From: an uncultured Bacteroidota bacterium | GTDB lineage: Bacteria > Bacteroidota > Ignavibacteria > UBA10030 > UBA6906 | Assembly: GCA_963700635.1 (NCBI GenBank) | Contig: CAVOYH010000006.1 | Coordinates: forward strand, 118,013-182,012 | Direction of reading: 5' to 3' | DNA length: 64,000 nt | In this document: positions 50,034 through 60,280 of the stretch, piece after piece | How the letters are laid out: each line of letters starts with the position of its first letter | How positions within the stretch are numbered: the first letter of the stretch is position 1 | Notes under the pieces: model-generated | What the model was told of the DNA's origin: nothing | The model's database searches: none | The model's input: the letters and a program-made list of their open reading frames with translations, nothing else | Made by a program: the position numbers and the translations under genes

Positions 50034-50062
50034 AATATAGATATCGGGGTTGTGTTTGTCAA
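50034..50062 (-). promoter_or_regulatory. sigma70-type promoter of the TBDR operon
   Basis: Minus strand TTGACA-N17-TATATT, about 370 bp upstream of the TBDR ATG. Confidence 0.7.
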
Positions 50063-50283
50063 GTGTTTCAAATAGAAAATGCCCCGTTTCGTGGTTTTTC
50101 TACAACTGAAGAGAAGCGCGGTTGAGAGCAGCAACTACCATGCCGGGCTCCCAAACACCCATAAAAGGAGTGCATGTCTTCCCGGAAGCCGCCGAAACAG
50201 CTATAATTCGCCGGTTCGCCAGATATGCTTCATAGTATGAATGAGAGCGAGTGGCTCTCCACAGGAAGCCCCGTTGGGGGGAG

Positions 50284-50874
50284 TTATGAGCGGAGGTGCT
50301 CGGCTATTACCTTGACGACGTCACTTTTTCCGAGCCCGTTGATCGAGGAGAAGGGCAGGACGTCACGGCAGTTGCTGAAGCGGGAGAACTCTTCCTTTGC
50401 CGCCTGCACAATCCGCGGCATTTTGCTGGTTGGAAGTTTGTCGGCTTTCGTGAGGGCAACAAGGAACGGAATTTCATAGTAATCAAGCCAGCCTACCATC
50501 ATCATGTCCAGTTCCGTTGGCTCATGACGCGCATCCACAAGTTGCAGCACCAGGGCGAGCTGGGTGCGTGTTTTCAGGTATTGCTCGATAAGCTTGCCCC
50601 AGCTGGAGCGGATCTGTTCCGGAAGGCGGGCGTAGCCGTATCCCGGGAGGTCAACGAAGTAGAATTCGCCGTTGATAAGGTAGTAGTTCATCTCGCGCGT
50701 TTTGCCCGGATCGCCGCTCGCGCGCGCGAGGTTCTTCCGATTGCAGAGCTTGTTGATAAACGAGGATTTGCCCACGTTGGACCGTCCGAGGAAAGCGATC
50801 TCCTTCGACCCCTCCTTGGGGAGAGTCCGGAGACCAACGGCCCCCAACACGAATTCTGCCGAAGTGATCTTCAT
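50284..50874 (-). CDS. engB: Ribosome biogenesis GTPase YihA/YsxC
   Basis: GRSNVGKSS, PGKT, DLPGYG, TKAD. Confidence 0.96.
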   Translation of the reverse strand: MKITSAEFVLGAVGLRTLPKEGSKEIAFLGRSNVGKSSFINKLCNRKNLARASGDPGKTREMNYYLINGEFYFVDLPGYGYARLPEQIRSSWGKLIEQYLKTRTQLALVLQLVDARHEPTELDMMMVGWLDYYEIPFLVALTKADKLPTSKMPRIVQAAKEEFSRFSNCRDVLPFSSINGLGKSDVVKVIAEHLRS

Positions 50875-50899
50875 GAGCGAAAAAGCGGAGACGGGGTTC

Positions 50900-51475
50900 T
50901 TATTGCGACGCGGCGTTCTTCGCCGCCGGTTTTTTTGAAGCCGTGGTGGGCCCGGAGTCAGCCTCAGACTCCTTTTTCGTTGTCTTCCGCCTGGGAGTCG
51001 TCTTGCGGGCCGGTTTTTCGGCTTTCTTGGGAGCTGGTTCCTGACCCGTGTTGAAGTCGACCAATTCGATGACGGCCATCTCCGCTCCGTCGCCGTACCG
51101 CTGGCCGAGTTTTACAATGCGTGTGTATCCTCCCGGTCTGGTTGCGACCTTCTCGGCAATCGTCGAGAACAATTCGGCAAGGACCTCCCGGTCTTTGATG
51201 AGTTTTCCCACTTCCCGACGGGCGTGGCCGCCGGCGTCCACAAACTGCTTTGCCCGCACGGAAGTTCCTGCACCGGGGGCCGCCGCAGCATCAACCGGCT
51301 TGGCGTTCTTCGCCCGCGTGATGAGCTTCTCCACCACATGGCGCGTCTCTTTGGCTTTTGCCACGGTTGTGGTGATGCGCTTGTGCCGCAGCAAAGCCGT
51401 GGCCAGAGCAGAGAGGGTTGCGCGGCGATGGCTCGCCGTACGTTTTAGTTTTCGGCCTGCAATACGATGTCGCAT
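50900..51475 (-). CDS. rplQ: 50S ribosomal protein L17
   Basis: [31 protein letters not shown]; basic C-terminal tail. Confidence 0.96.
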   Translation of the reverse strand: MRHRIAGRKLKRTASHRRATLSALATALLRHKRITTTVAKAKETRHVVEKLITRAKNAKPVDAAAAPGAGTSVRAKQFVDAGGHARREVGKLIKDREVLAELFSTIAEKVATRPGGYTRIVKLGQRYGDGAEMAVIELVDFNTGQEPAPKKAEKPARKTTPRRKTTKKESEADSGPTTASKKPAAKNAASQ

Positions 51476-51505
51476 AAGGGGTCGTCCGCCTGATAATCCT
51501 GTCGA

Positions 51506-52492
51506 TTACTCGGTGTCTTTGAGATACTTGTCCACGTCCATCCCAAACGTCAGCTTCTCGGCCTCGACGATCTCCGAAAGCTCCGCAAGGGATTTCCGGC
51601 CGAAGTTCCTGAACTTCAGCAATTCACTTTCTTCCCGCCGAACCAGCTCGGCGATAGTCTTGATGTTGGCGGCCCGGAGGCAGTTATGCGACCGGACGGA
51701 CAGCTCGAGCTCGTCCACCGGGGTGGTGAGCACCTTACGAACGCGCTGGAATTCTGCGTCCTGCTCGGATTCCTCTTTGGGGGCTTCCGGTTCCACATCA
51801 AAATTGATAAAGAGCTGGATGTGGTCGCGGAGAATTTTTCCCGCATAGGCAAGCGCATCTTCCGATGTGATGGATCCGTCTGTCTCCACCTCGATCGTCA
51901 GCTTTTCGTAGTCTGTTTGCTGACCCACGCGCGTGGTCTCCACAAAATACCGCACGTTGGTAATCGGCGTGAACACCGCATCAATCGGGATCAGCCCCAG
52001 GGGCTGGTCGGGCGCCTTGTTTTCTTCCGCCACGACATAGCCGATGCCGCGGCCGATGCGCAGCTCCAGTTCGAAGCTGGCATCCGCATTCAGCGTGGCT
52101 ATGTGGAGCGAAGGATTCAGGATTTCGATATCCGGCGAGGCCTTCTGGATGTCGCCTGCGGTGAAGTCCTGCGGCCCGCGGACCGGAACCACGATGCGGT
52201 TGGTCTTTTTGTTGACCATTTTCATCCGGACCTGCTTAAAGTTCAGTACAACGTCCGGGACGTCTTCCACAACTCCGGGAATCGTGGAAAATTCATGCGC
52301 AACGCCGTCCACACGGAAAGCGGTAATGGCGTACCCCGGCAGCGCCGAAAGCAGGATGCGCCGGATGGAGTTGCCGATGGTGACACCGAACCCTTTTTCG
52401 AGGGGCTGGACGATGAAGCGGCCGAACGATGCCGTGTGCGTCGCCTCGTCCAGGTGAATCTTTTCCGGCATCTGGATTGTTCCGATGGTCAT
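51506..52492 (-). CDS. rpoA: RNA polymerase alpha subunit
   Basis: PLEKGFGVTIGNSIRRILL, HEFS, LELSVRSHNCL, NFGRKSL. Confidence 0.97.
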   Translation of the reverse strand: MTIGTIQMPEKIHLDEATHTASFGRFIVQPLEKGFGVTIGNSIRRILLSALPGYAITAFRVDGVAHEFSTIPGVVEDVPDVVLNFKQVRMKMVNKKTNRIVVPVRGPQDFTAGDIQKASPDIEILNPSLHIATLNADASFELELRIGRGIGYVVAEENKAPDQPLGLIPIDAVFTPITNVRYFVETTRVGQQTDYEKLTIEVETDGSITSEDALAYAGKILRDHIQLFINFDVEPEAPKEESEQDAEFQRVRKVLTTPVDELELSVRSHNCLRAANIKTIAELVRREESELLKFRNFGRKSLAELSEIVEAEKLTFGMDVDKYLKDTE

Positions 52493-52519
52493 GGTGTTGT
52501 CACCCTCTGTGACTGTCAC

Positions 52520-53149
52520 TTACTTCGAGTACAATTCGACGATTAACTGTTCGTCGGCGTTTAGTGGTATGTCTGCGCGTTCGGGAATATTCAGGAACGT
52601 GCCGACCATTGCAGCTTTGTCCAGGCTGAGCCAGGGAAGCATCGCCGTGTCTTTCATACGTTTCATGGAGGCATGCACCGCTTCCATTTTCTTGCTCTTG
52701 TCCCGCACCTGCACCGCATCTCCCGCTTTCAGCACGTACGATGGGATATCCACCGGTCGGCTGTTCACGAGGAAGTGGCCGTGTACAACCAGCTGCCGTG
52801 CGGCTTTGCGCGACGGAGCCAGTCCGAGCCGGTACACCACGTTGTCCAGCCGGCGTTCCAGCAGCTTGACCAGAGTCTCTCCGGTGCGACCGGGCTGCCG
52901 GAGTGCCTTGGCAAAGGTGTTGCGGAATTGCGTTTCCTGCAGGCCGTACATCCGGCGAACCTTCTGCTTCTCGCGCAACTGCACACCATACTCGGACACT
53001 TTCTGACGGCGTGACTGCCCGTGCTGGCCAGGGGGATAGGCGCGGCGTTCAACGGGGCACTTCTCGGTAAAACATTTCGTCCCTTTCAGGAATAACTTCT
53101 GCCGCTCACGGCGGCACAACCTGCAACTGGGATCGGTATATCTTGCCAT
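52520..53149 (-). CDS. rpsD: 30S ribosomal protein S4
   Basis: MARYT..CRLCRRE, PPGQHG, LERRLDNVVYR, IVELYSK. Confidence 0.97.
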   Translation of the reverse strand: MARYTDPSCRLCRRERQKLFLKGTKCFTEKCPVERRAYPPGQHGQSRRQKVSEYGVQLREKQKVRRMYGLQETQFRNTFAKALRQPGRTGETLVKLLERRLDNVVYRLGLAPSRKAARQLVVHGHFLVNSRPVDIPSYVLKAGDAVQVRDKSKKMEAVHASMKRMKDTAMLPWLSLDKAAMVGTFLNIPERADIPLNADEQLIVELYSK

Positions 53150-53165
53150 GGACGTCCTTCTTGTG

Positions 53166-53579
53166 TTATACTCTGCGTCTCTTGGGCGGCCGGCATCCGT
53201 TGTGCGGGATGGGTGTTACGTCCCGGATGCTGCCGATTTCGAGTCCTGCGGTCTGTAGCGCCCGGATCGCCGCTTCGCGGCCGGATCCCGGACCCTTGAC
53301 AAATACGTCAACTTTGCGCAATCCGAGGTCATGCGCCGTCTTGGCGGCGGCTTCGGCTGATACCTGCGCTGCAAAGGGAGTGTTCTTACGCGACCCCTTG
53401 AATCCGTTTTTTCCGGCGGATGACCAGCTGATGGTGTTGCCGTACACATCGGTGATCGTCACGATAACATTGTTGAATGTCGCCTTGACGAATACCTTGC
53501 CGCTCACGTCGACCTGGATTTTTTTCTTCTTCCGGACAACGTCCGCTTTGGAACCGCCCTGCGGGGTGGATTTTGCCAC
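53166..53579 (-). CDS. rpsK: 30S ribosomal protein S11
   Basis: [31 protein letters not shown]. Confidence 0.97.
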   Translation of the reverse strand: MAKSTPQGGSKADVVRKKKKIQVDVSGKVFVKATFNNVIVTITDVYGNTISWSSAGKNGFKGSRKNTPFAAQVSAEAAAKTAHDLGLRKVDVFVKGPGSGREAAIRALQTAGLEIGSIRDVTPIPHNGCRPPKRRRV

Positions 53580-53608
53580 GCGTACCTCCGTACCTGAAAT
53601 GTTCGATA

Positions 53609-53992
53609 TTACGTCTTGGCTGCGACTTTCTTCTTCCCTGCCACCGTTTTCCGGCGGCCTTTCCGTGTGCGCGCATTTGTGCGTGTGCGTTGCCCGCGGG
53701 CGGGCAGGCCGCGTCGGTGTCGGATGCCCCGGTAGCAGCCGATGTCCATCAGTCGCTTGATGTTCATCTGCACTTCACTGCGCAGCGCACCTTCAACCTT
53801 GTACTCAGCCGTAATGATGCCGCGGATACGCTGCACTTCATCATCGGTCAGGTCGTTGACCTTCTTGTTGACATCTACCCCCGCCCTCGCCAGAATTGCG
53901 CGCGCCGAGGTATGCCCGATACCGTGGATGTACGTCAATCCGATTTCCGCACGCTTCTTTTTGGGCAGGTCGATTCCCGCTATACGAGCCAC
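53609..53992 (-). CDS. rpsM: 30S ribosomal protein S13
   Basis: [29 protein letters not shown]. Confidence 0.97.
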   Translation of the reverse strand: MARIAGIDLPKKKRAEIGLTYIHGIGHTSARAILARAGVDVNKKVNDLTDDEVQRIRGIITAEYKVEGALRSEVQMNIKRLMDIGCYRGIRHRRGLPARGQRTRTNARTRKGRRKTVAGKKKVAAKT

Positions 53993-54004
53993 GCCTGTTC
54001 TCCT

Positions 54005-54118
54005 TTAGCCTTGACGCTGTTTGTGCTTGGGATTGGTGCAGATGATCCGCACCACCCCGTTGCGCCGGACGATTTTACAGTTCCGGCAGATCTTCTTGAT
54101 GGATGACCGAACTTTCAT
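54005..54118 (-). CDS. rpmJ: 50S ribosomal protein L36 (Zn-binding type)
   Basis: Read by hand: [37 protein letters not shown]. Confidence 0.96.
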   Translation of the reverse strand: MKVRSSIKKICRNCKIVRRNGVVRIICTNPKHKQRQG

Positions 54119-54136
54119 GTTCTGACCGCTCCGTCC

Positions 54137-54355
54137 TTATTTGTACCTGTACGTAATCCGGCCTTTTGATAAATCATACGGCGACAACTCCACCGTGACT
54201 TTGTCCCCGACGAGAATCTTGATAAAATTCATCCTCATCTTTCCGGAGATATGGGCCAGAATGCTGTGACCATTTTCCAGACTCACCTTGAACATCGCGT
54301 TCGGCAGCGTATCGGTGATTACGCCGTCTACCTTTATGGGCCCCTGTTTAGCCAT
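54137..54355 (-). CDS. infA: Translation initiation factor IF-1
   Basis: [27 protein letters not shown]. Confidence 0.97.
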   Translation of the reverse strand: MAKQGPIKVDGVITDTLPNAMFKVSLENGHSILAHISGKMRMNFIKILVGDKVTVELSPYDLSKGRITYRYK

Positions 54356-55118
54356 GACGGGTCAGTATCTCGGCTTCGTTGTTCGTGATGACAACCGTGT
54401 GCTCAAAATGCGCTGATGGTCTCCCGTCCGCCGTACGAACCGTCCATCCGTCATCATCCACCCGCACCACGTGTGTTCCTGCATTGACCATTGGTTCGAT
54501 CGCCAGCGTCATGTTTGCCTTGAGAATGATCCCTGTACCCGCTGTTCCGTAATTGGGAATTGCGGGTTCTTCGTGCAGGTTCTTGCCGATACCGTGTCCC
54601 ACCAGATCACGCACCACGGAGAATCCCGCCTGTTCCACATGTTTCTGTATCGCGGCGGAAATATCCTGCAGGTGGTTGCCCGCCCTTGCGTGCCGGATCC
54701 CTTCGTGCAACGCCGCTTCGGTCACCTGGAGCAAACGCTGCTTCTCCTCTCCAATCTTCCCCACCACGAACGTCTTCGCCGCATCGCCAAAATGCCTGTC
54801 CTTCTTCACACCCACATCCACCGAGACTACCTGTCCTTCTTCGAGAGGCCGACCGTCGGGGATGCCGTGCACCACAACATCATCAACCGAGACGCACAGT
54901 GTTGCGGGAAACAGGTTCTTCCTGTCCGGCCCATATCCCTTGAACGCCGGAACCCCTCCCTGCGCGCGAATATACTCTTCGGCCATCTCATCCAGTTCTT
55001 TGGTGGTCATGCCGGGCCGGACGGAAGATCCGACCAGCGCAAGCACTTCCGAAACTATCCGGCCACATTCCCTCATCAGGGAGAGTTCGCCGGCCGACTT
55101 GAGTATTACCCGCCCCAT
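54348..55118 (-). CDS. map: Methionine aminopeptidase type I
   Basis: VVHGIP, GHGIG..LHEEP, AIEPM, SAHFEHT. Confidence 0.96.
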   Translation of the reverse strand: MGRVILKSAGELSLMRECGRIVSEVLALVGSSVRPGMTTKELDEMAEEYIRAQGGVPAFKGYGPDRKNLFPATLCVSVDDVVVHGIPDGRPLEEGQVVSVDVGVKKDRHFGDAAKTFVVGKIGEEKQRLLQVTEAALHEGIRHARAGNHLQDISAAIQKHVEQAGFSVVRDLVGHGIGKNLHEEPAIPNYGTAGTGIILKANMTLAIEPMVNAGTHVVRVDDDGWTVRTADGRPSAHFEHTVVITNNEAEILTRHG

Positions 55119-55126
55119 ACCGCCCG

Positions 55127-56452
55127 TCAGCGGGCACGCCCCTTCATTCGTCCTGATTTCATGAAGCCATCATAATGGCGCATCAGCAGGTGAGACTCGA
55201 CTTGCTGCAGGGTGTCAAGTGCCACACCCACCATGATAAGTAAACTCGTTCCTCCGAAGAACTGCGCAAAACTCGGCGTCACACCGAACCGGGAAACAAA
55301 CGCAGGCATAATGGCAATAATCGCCAGGAATACCGAACCGGGAAGGGTGATCTTTGTCAGGATATTGTCGATAAACTCGGAAGTGTGTTTTCCCGGCCGG
55401 ATACCCGGGATAAACCCACCCTGTTTCTGCATGTTCTCCGACACGTCTTTCGGATTAAACGCGATCGCCGTGTAGAAGTAGGTAAAGAACACGATCATCA
55501 CACCGTACATGAATGAGTAGGTGAATGATGTGTATTGCAGATACCCTGACAAACCCTGGATAAATTCGCTGTCAGGAAAGAACGTCAGAATCGTGCTCGG
55601 GATGAACATAATCGACTGCGCGAAGATAATCGGCATAACGCCGGCGGTGTTCACGCGCAGGGGTATATACTGTGTCACGCCACCGTACACCTTCCGTCCG
55701 ACAACGCGCTTCGCGTACTGTACCGGAATGCGCCGGGTACCCTGTGTCACCATCACCACACCCGCCACGATCAGAACCATAAAGGCAATGATGATCAGTC
55801 CGATAATCAGATTCTGGCTGACGAGGAATTGATCCACGATCGAATGGGGGAAGCGTGCAATGATGCCGATGAAGATGATCAGTGAGATACCGTTGCCCAG
55901 GCCGCGTTCGGTGATCTGTTCGCCCAGCCACATCATGAACATGGTGCCTGCGGTCAGGAAGATCACGGTGCTGAGGGTGAAGGCAAGACCCTGGACTTCC
56001 AGCGGTACGATCGGGATCCCTTCGATGTTCAGGCTGGTCAGCCGGACGCTCACGCCCCATCCCTGCAGTGCGGAGACGAGCACCGTGCCATAACGGGTGA
56101 GCTGGGTGATCTTCTTCCGGCCCTCTTCACCTTCCTTACTCAGCTTCTGAAAGTACGGGACCACCGCACCCAGCAGCTGAATGATGATGGAGGCGCTGAT
56201 ATACGGCATAATGCCGAGGGCAAATACCGCGGCATTGGAAAACGCGCCCCCCACGAAAAGATCGTAGAGTCCGAACAGAGTATTCGCCGACTGGTTTGCT
56301 TCGGCCTTGGCCAGCAACGAAGCGTCAACACCAGGGAGTGTGATATGGGCGCCGATACGCACCACGACCAGCAGTGCGGCCGTAAAAATCAGACGGGCCC
56401 GCAACTCCTGAATCTTGAAAATATTCCGGAAACTTTCGCCGAGCTTTGCCAT
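55127..56452 (-). CDS. secY: Preprotein translocase subunit SecY
   Basis: ALGIMPYISASII, WLGEQIT..GNGISL, AGVMPIIFA, IPGIRPG, GGTSLLI. Confidence 0.98.
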   Translation of the reverse strand: MAKLGESFRNIFKIQELRARLIFTAALLVVVRIGAHITLPGVDASLLAKAEANQSANTLFGLYDLFVGGAFSNAAVFALGIMPYISASIIIQLLGAVVPYFQKLSKEGEEGRKKITQLTRYGTVLVSALQGWGVSVRLTSLNIEGIPIVPLEVQGLAFTLSTVIFLTAGTMFMMWLGEQITERGLGNGISLIIFIGIIARFPHSIVDQFLVSQNLIIGLIIIAFMVLIVAGVVMVTQGTRRIPVQYAKRVVGRKVYGGVTQYIPLRVNTAGVMPIIFAQSIMFIPSTILTFFPDSEFIQGLSGYLQYTSFTYSFMYGVMIVFFTYFYTAIAFNPKDVSENMQKQGGFIPGIRPGKHTSEFIDNILTKITLPGSVFLAIIAIMPAFVSRFGVTPSFAQFFGGTSLLIMVGVALDTLQQVESHLLMRHYDGFMKSGRMKGRAR

Positions 56453-56934
56453 TAGTCTTTGGAGAGTGCGCTAATCGTTTGGGCTTTGCCGCCGGCCGTC
56501 TGAATCTTCTCGACGGCGGATTTACTAAAGGCATGGGCAGCCACATCAAGTCTGGCTTTGAGCTCCCCCGTGCCGAGGATCTTTACCGGAATCCGGGCGG
56601 TCTTCACAACCCCCAGTTTCAGCAGGATTTCGGGTGTCACTGCGCCGTCATGGAGTTTGCCACCCGCCGCAAGTTTCTCGAGTGTTATCAGATTAACAAT
56701 CTGAAACGTTTTTTTGAACGGGCTGTGAAATCCGCGTTTGGGCACACGACGGACGAGGGGCATCTGCCCGCCTTCGAACCATGCCGGGAACCGCGCACCG
56801 GCGCGTGAATGCGCGCCGTTGTGTCCGCGCGTCGAGGTACCACCGCGGCCGGATCCCTGACCGCGTCCGACACGCTTCCTCTTCTTTGTTGACCCGGGTG
56901 CGGGTTTCAACGTACTGAGTATATCCGTTGCCAT
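56452..56934 (-). CDS. rplO: 50S ribosomal protein L15
   Basis: RVGRGQGSG, FEGGQMPL, KILGTG. Confidence 0.96.
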   Translation of the reverse strand: MATDILSTLKPAPGSTKKRKRVGRGQGSGRGGTSTRGHNGAHSRAGARFPAWFEGGQMPLVRRVPKRGFHSPFKKTFQIVNLITLEKLAAGGKLHDGAVTPEILLKLGVVKTARIPVKILGTGELKARLDVAAHAFSKSAVEKIQTAGGKAQTISALSKD

Positions 56935-56956
56935 GATCTGTTCGCTTTCCTGGAAA

Positions 56957-57151
56957 TCAGCCTTTAGTCTTTACTTCTTCCACGGTGACAAGGTGGCGCA
57001 CTTTGCGGATCATCCCTCTGATCTGCGGCGTATCTCTTTTAAGCACCGTATAGTTTGGGCGTCCGAGTCCGAGAGCCTTGATCGTCCGCTTTGCGGCTTC
57101 CAGCTGCTCGATGATGCTCCGGACCTGCGTAATCTTCAACATGTCTGCCAT
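56957..57151 (-). CDS. rpmD: 50S ribosomal protein L30
   Basis: LKITQVRS, TIKALGL, IRGMIRKVRHLV. Confidence 0.93.
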   Translation of the reverse strand: MADMLKITQVRSIIEQLEAAKRTIKALGLGRPNYTVLKRDTPQIRGMIRKVRHLVTVEEVKTKG

Positions 57152-57168
57152 CGTTGTCTCTTCCACTG

Positions 57169-57693
57169 TTACGGAGTTGGCGCTGTTGCTGTCGTGCCGA
57201 AGAATTCCTGCATCGACATTCCGCGGCGCTGCGCGACGGTGCGGGCATCCACCAGACTCAGGAGGGCATCCATGGTGGCTTTGACCACATTGTGCGGGTT
57301 TGATGAACCCATTGATTTTGTCAACACATCGCGGACGCCTGCAGACTCGAGCACGGCGCGGACACCTCCGCCCGCAATAAGTCCGGTTCCCGGCGAGGCA
57401 GGCTTCAACATCACGCGAGCCGCGCCATACCGTCCGACGATCGGATGGGGAATCGTGCCATGAACAATCGGTACGCGCGTGACACCTTTTTTCGCATCAT
57501 CAACGCCCTTGGCAATGGCATCCGCCACTTCGTTGGCCTTGCCAAGTCCGATACCCACGTGCCCCTTGCCGTCGCCGACGACGACAATCGCGTTAAAACT
57601 GAATCGACGGCCGCCCTTGACGACCTTTGCAACGCGATTGATGTGGACAAGCTTGTCCTTGAGTTCGAGCTCACTCGCTTTGATTCGTGCCAC
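57169..57693 (-). CDS. rpsE: 30S ribosomal protein S5
   Basis: [30 protein letters not shown]; GTG start. Confidence 0.97.
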   Translation of the reverse strand: MARIKASELELKDKLVHINRVAKVVKGGRRFSFNAIVVVGDGKGHVGIGLGKANEVADAIAKGVDDAKKGVTRVPIVHGTIPHPIVGRYGAARVMLKPASPGTGLIAGGGVRAVLESAGVRDVLTKSMGSSNPHNVVKATMDALLSLVDARTVAQRRGMSMQEFFGTTATAPTP

Positions 57694-57744
57694 CGTTTGT
57701 TCCTCGAAACATACCACATGATGATCTAGGTGTATATCCTGCTG

Positions 57745-57815
57745 CTGTCGGGAGAGGAGTCGAACCTCTACTCACGGCTCCAAAGGCCGCTGTCCTGCCA
57801 TTAGACGACCCGACA
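57745..57815 (-). tRNA. tRNA-Gln (anticodon TTG), CCA not encoded
   Basis: Cloverleaf: acceptor TGTCGGG/CCCGACA, D stem GTC/GAC, anticodon arm GCGGC-CTTTGGA-GCCGT, T arm AGAGG-TTCGACT-CCTCT, discriminator G. Confidence 0.95.
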
Positions 57816-57853
57816 ATGAGCTTCCATGGCCCGGATCCCGACCGGTGCGGCAA

Positions 57854-58222
57854 TTAAAACTTCAGTCCGCCCTCCCGGGCGCCGTCGGCCACGGCTTTGA
57901 TAACGCCATGATACCGGAAACCGTTACGGTCAAAGACAACCTGTGCGATGTTCTTTTCGAGCGCTTTCCGGGCCATAAACTGCCCCACCGCCTTGCCTAC
58001 GGCCACCTGACCCTTCAGGGCTTTTGTCTGCTCCACAAGTTCGGCGCTGAGATCCGACACGCCAAGCAGGGTCTTGCCCTGGTCGTCATCAACGAGCTGG
58101 GCATACACATGGCGGAGACTACGGAAGACCGACAGGCGGGGGCGCTGCGCGGACCCTGACAGATGCAGACGAATGTGCCGCTTCGTCCGCTGGCGATTCT
58201 CCACTTTACGTTTGCTGATCAT
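57854..58222 (-). CDS. rplR: 50S ribosomal protein L18
   Basis: RPRLSVFRS, YAQLVDD, FDRNGFRYHG. Confidence 0.96.
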   Translation of the reverse strand: MISKRKVENRQRTKRHIRLHLSGSAQRPRLSVFRSLRHVYAQLVDDDQGKTLLGVSDLSAELVEQTKALKGQVAVGKAVGQFMARKALEKNIAQVVFDRNGFRYHGVIKAVADGAREGGLKF

Positions 58223-58252
58223 ACAAGTAATACTCCCGGTGAACACCCACAA

Positions 58253-58807
58253 TTATGACTTGGCACCACCCGCAGCAGCGGCCTTCCCGGCCTTTCTGCG
58301 GACACGCTCGCCTTCGTATTTGATCCCTTTGCCCTTGTAGGGCTCCGGGGGACGGAATGAACGGATCTTGGCCGCAACCTGCCCGACCAGCGCCTTGTCA
58401 ATGCCACTGATCAGGATACTCGTCAACGTCGGAGCTGCGATAACGATCTCCTCGGGGGGCACGAACAGAATCGGGTGCGAAAAACCCAGGAGCAATTGGA
58501 GTCTTGTCCCCTTCATCTCTGCGCGATACCCGACACCCACCAGTTCCAGCTTCCGTGTATAGCCCGTCGAGACACCGGTAACCATATTCTGCAGAAGCGC
58601 CCGCCACAAGCCATGAAGCGCGCGATCCGTTTTCATTTCCGATGCCCGCTTCACCTCGAGGTGATCATCAACCATCAAAACGCTCAGGTTGGGATGCACC
58701 GTTGCGGTGAGCCGGCCTTTGGGTCCGTCCACGGCGACGTTACGGCCGTTGAGCTGGACTTTCACCCCCTTCTGAATGGGGATGGGTTTTTTTCCAATCC
58801 GTGACAC
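58253..58807 (-). CDS. rplF: 50S ribosomal protein L6
   Basis: SRIGKKPI, GVGYRA, RPPEPYKGKGI. Confidence 0.97.
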   Translation of the reverse strand: MSRIGKKPIPIQKGVKVQLNGRNVAVDGPKGRLTATVHPNLSVLMVDDHLEVKRASEMKTDRALHGLWRALLQNMVTGVSTGYTRKLELVGVGYRAEMKGTRLQLLLGFSHPILFVPPEEIVIAAPTLTSILISGIDKALVGQVAAKIRSFRPPEPYKGKGIKYEGERVRRKAGKAAAAGGAKS

Positions 58808-58823
58808 TGTCGTATCTCCTTCG

Positions 58824-59219
58824 TTACCAGATTTCGCAGAGAACTTCGCCGCCCACACGGGCTTCGCGTGCTTGCCGATCCGTCATCAACCCCTTCGACG
58901 TGGAGATGATCGCGATACCGAGTCCACCCAGGACACGCGGGATCGTTTCTGCATCCACATACTTCCGGAGGCCGGGCCGGCTGACCCTCTTCAACCCGGC
59001 GATAACGGGTCTGGTCTCCTGGTATTTGAGCTGAATCCGGATCACGCCCTGCGCGCTCTCCTTGATCTCGGTGAATCCGTTAATGTACTTTTGCTCTGTC
59101 AGCAGGCGCGTCATTTCACGTTTCAGGTTGGACGCCGGAACGTCAACCCTTTTGTGTCCTGCCTGCAAAGCATTCCGCACCCTTGTAAGATAGTCGGCTA
59201 CGGGATCAGTCATGGTCAT
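58824..59219 (-). CDS. rpsH: 30S ribosomal protein S8
   Basis: DPVADYLTRVRNA, RVSRPGLR, STSKG. Confidence 0.97.
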   Translation of the reverse strand: MTMTDPVADYLTRVRNALQAGHKRVDVPASNLKREMTRLLTEQKYINGFTEIKESAQGVIRIQLKYQETRPVIAGLKRVSRPGLRKYVDAETIPRVLGGLGIAIISTSKGLMTDRQAREARVGGEVLCEIW

Positions 59220-59269
59220 GTGTCAGTTCTCCTACAACGCGCGCGATAAATGTGATTCATCCCGTGTTC

Positions 59270-59539
59270 CTACCAGCTTGCTTTTCTGACGCCGGGAATT
59301 TTTCCTTCGAGAGCCAGATCGCGGAAGGCGATACGGGAAAGTCCGAACTTCCGCATGTACGAGCGCGGTCGGCCCGATACAGTACACCGGCTGTGCAGTC
59401 GTGTCGGACTGCTGTTCCGCGGCAACTGCTGGAGAGCGGCATAATCGCCCTTCTCCTTCAGTTCTTTGCGCAGTGCGGCATACTTGGCGACGAGACGTTC
59501 ACGCTTGCGCTGCCGGGCTATCGAACTGGTTTTTGCCAT
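59270..59539 (-). CDS. rpsN: 30S ribosomal protein S14 (89-aa, Zn-free type)
   Basis: [32 protein letters not shown]. Confidence 0.96.
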   Translation of the reverse strand: MAKTSSIARQRKRERLVAKYAALRKELKEKGDYAALQQLPRNSSPTRLHSRCTVSGRPRSYMRKFGLSRIAFRDLALEGKIPGVRKASW

Positions 59540-59559
59540 ACCGAACAACTCCTGTCAGA

Positions 59560-60240
59560 TTAAACTTTTGGTGTCTCCAGAACTTCCTGCCTCTTTACAA
59601 ACGGCATGCCGAACGCCTTGAGCAATTCATAGGCTTCTTCGTCAGTCCGGGCAGTGGTAACAAACGTGATATCCATCCCGAAAATCCGGGCGATCTTGTC
59701 CACGTCAATCTCCGGGAAGATCGTATGTTCCTTGACTCCCATTGTATAGTTGCCACGCCCGTCAAATGACGTATCGGACAACCCGCGGAAATCCCTGATA
59801 CGCGGCACCGTTACGCTGATGAAGCGGTCCAGGAATTCGTACATGTACGCGCGGCGCAGTGTCACCCGGCAGCCGATCGGCATCTTCTCACGGAGGTGGA
59901 AGTTGGAGATCGATTTTTTTGCCCGGGTAATAACCACTTTCTGTCCGACGATGGCTTCCAGGTCTTTCGCAGCCACTTCTACCAGCTTCTGGTCCTGCGT
60001 GGCCTGCCCGACGCCCATATTGATCGAGATCTTGTCCAGACGCGGCACCTGCATGACGTTCTTGTACTGGAACCGTTTCATGAGGGCCGGGATGACTTCC
60101 TGGCGATACATGGTGGAAAGGCGGGCAATCACGCGCTCTTTCGGCCGCTTCACCTTCGGGGCCTTCGCTGCGGGTGCTTCTTTCTCCTTGGCGGGCCGTG
60201 GGGCCTCTTTTTTCGCCTTTTTGGTTTTTTCGTCGCTCAT
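59560..60240 (-). CDS. rplE: 50S ribosomal protein L5 with N-terminal extension
   Basis: [29 protein letters not shown]. Confidence 0.97.
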   Translation of the reverse strand: MSDEKTKKAKKEAPRPAKEKEAPAAKAPKVKRPKERVIARLSTMYRQEVIPALMKRFQYKNVMQVPRLDKISINMGVGQATQDQKLVEVAAKDLEAIVGQKVVITRAKKSISNFHLREKMPIGCRVTLRRAYMYEFLDRFISVTVPRIRDFRGLSDTSFDGRGNYTMGVKEHTIFPEIDVDKIARIFGMDITFVTTARTDEEAYELLKAFGMPFVKRQEVLETPKV

Positions 60241-60280
60241 ACCGGATTCAGGATAATGTGTGTTTCGTTATCAGACGGCG

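Noticed and set aside
49683-50134. ORFs 49683-49934 (+) and 49898-50134 (-) as genes
   Set aside because: No SD at their starts, no motifs, and one spans the predicted promoter
55118-55127. Absence of adk between secY and map
   Set aside because: A common arrangement in this part of the tree
57700-57853. tRNA-Gln as an integration site
   Set aside because: No duplicated tRNA 3' end, integrase or foreign DNA seen in the window
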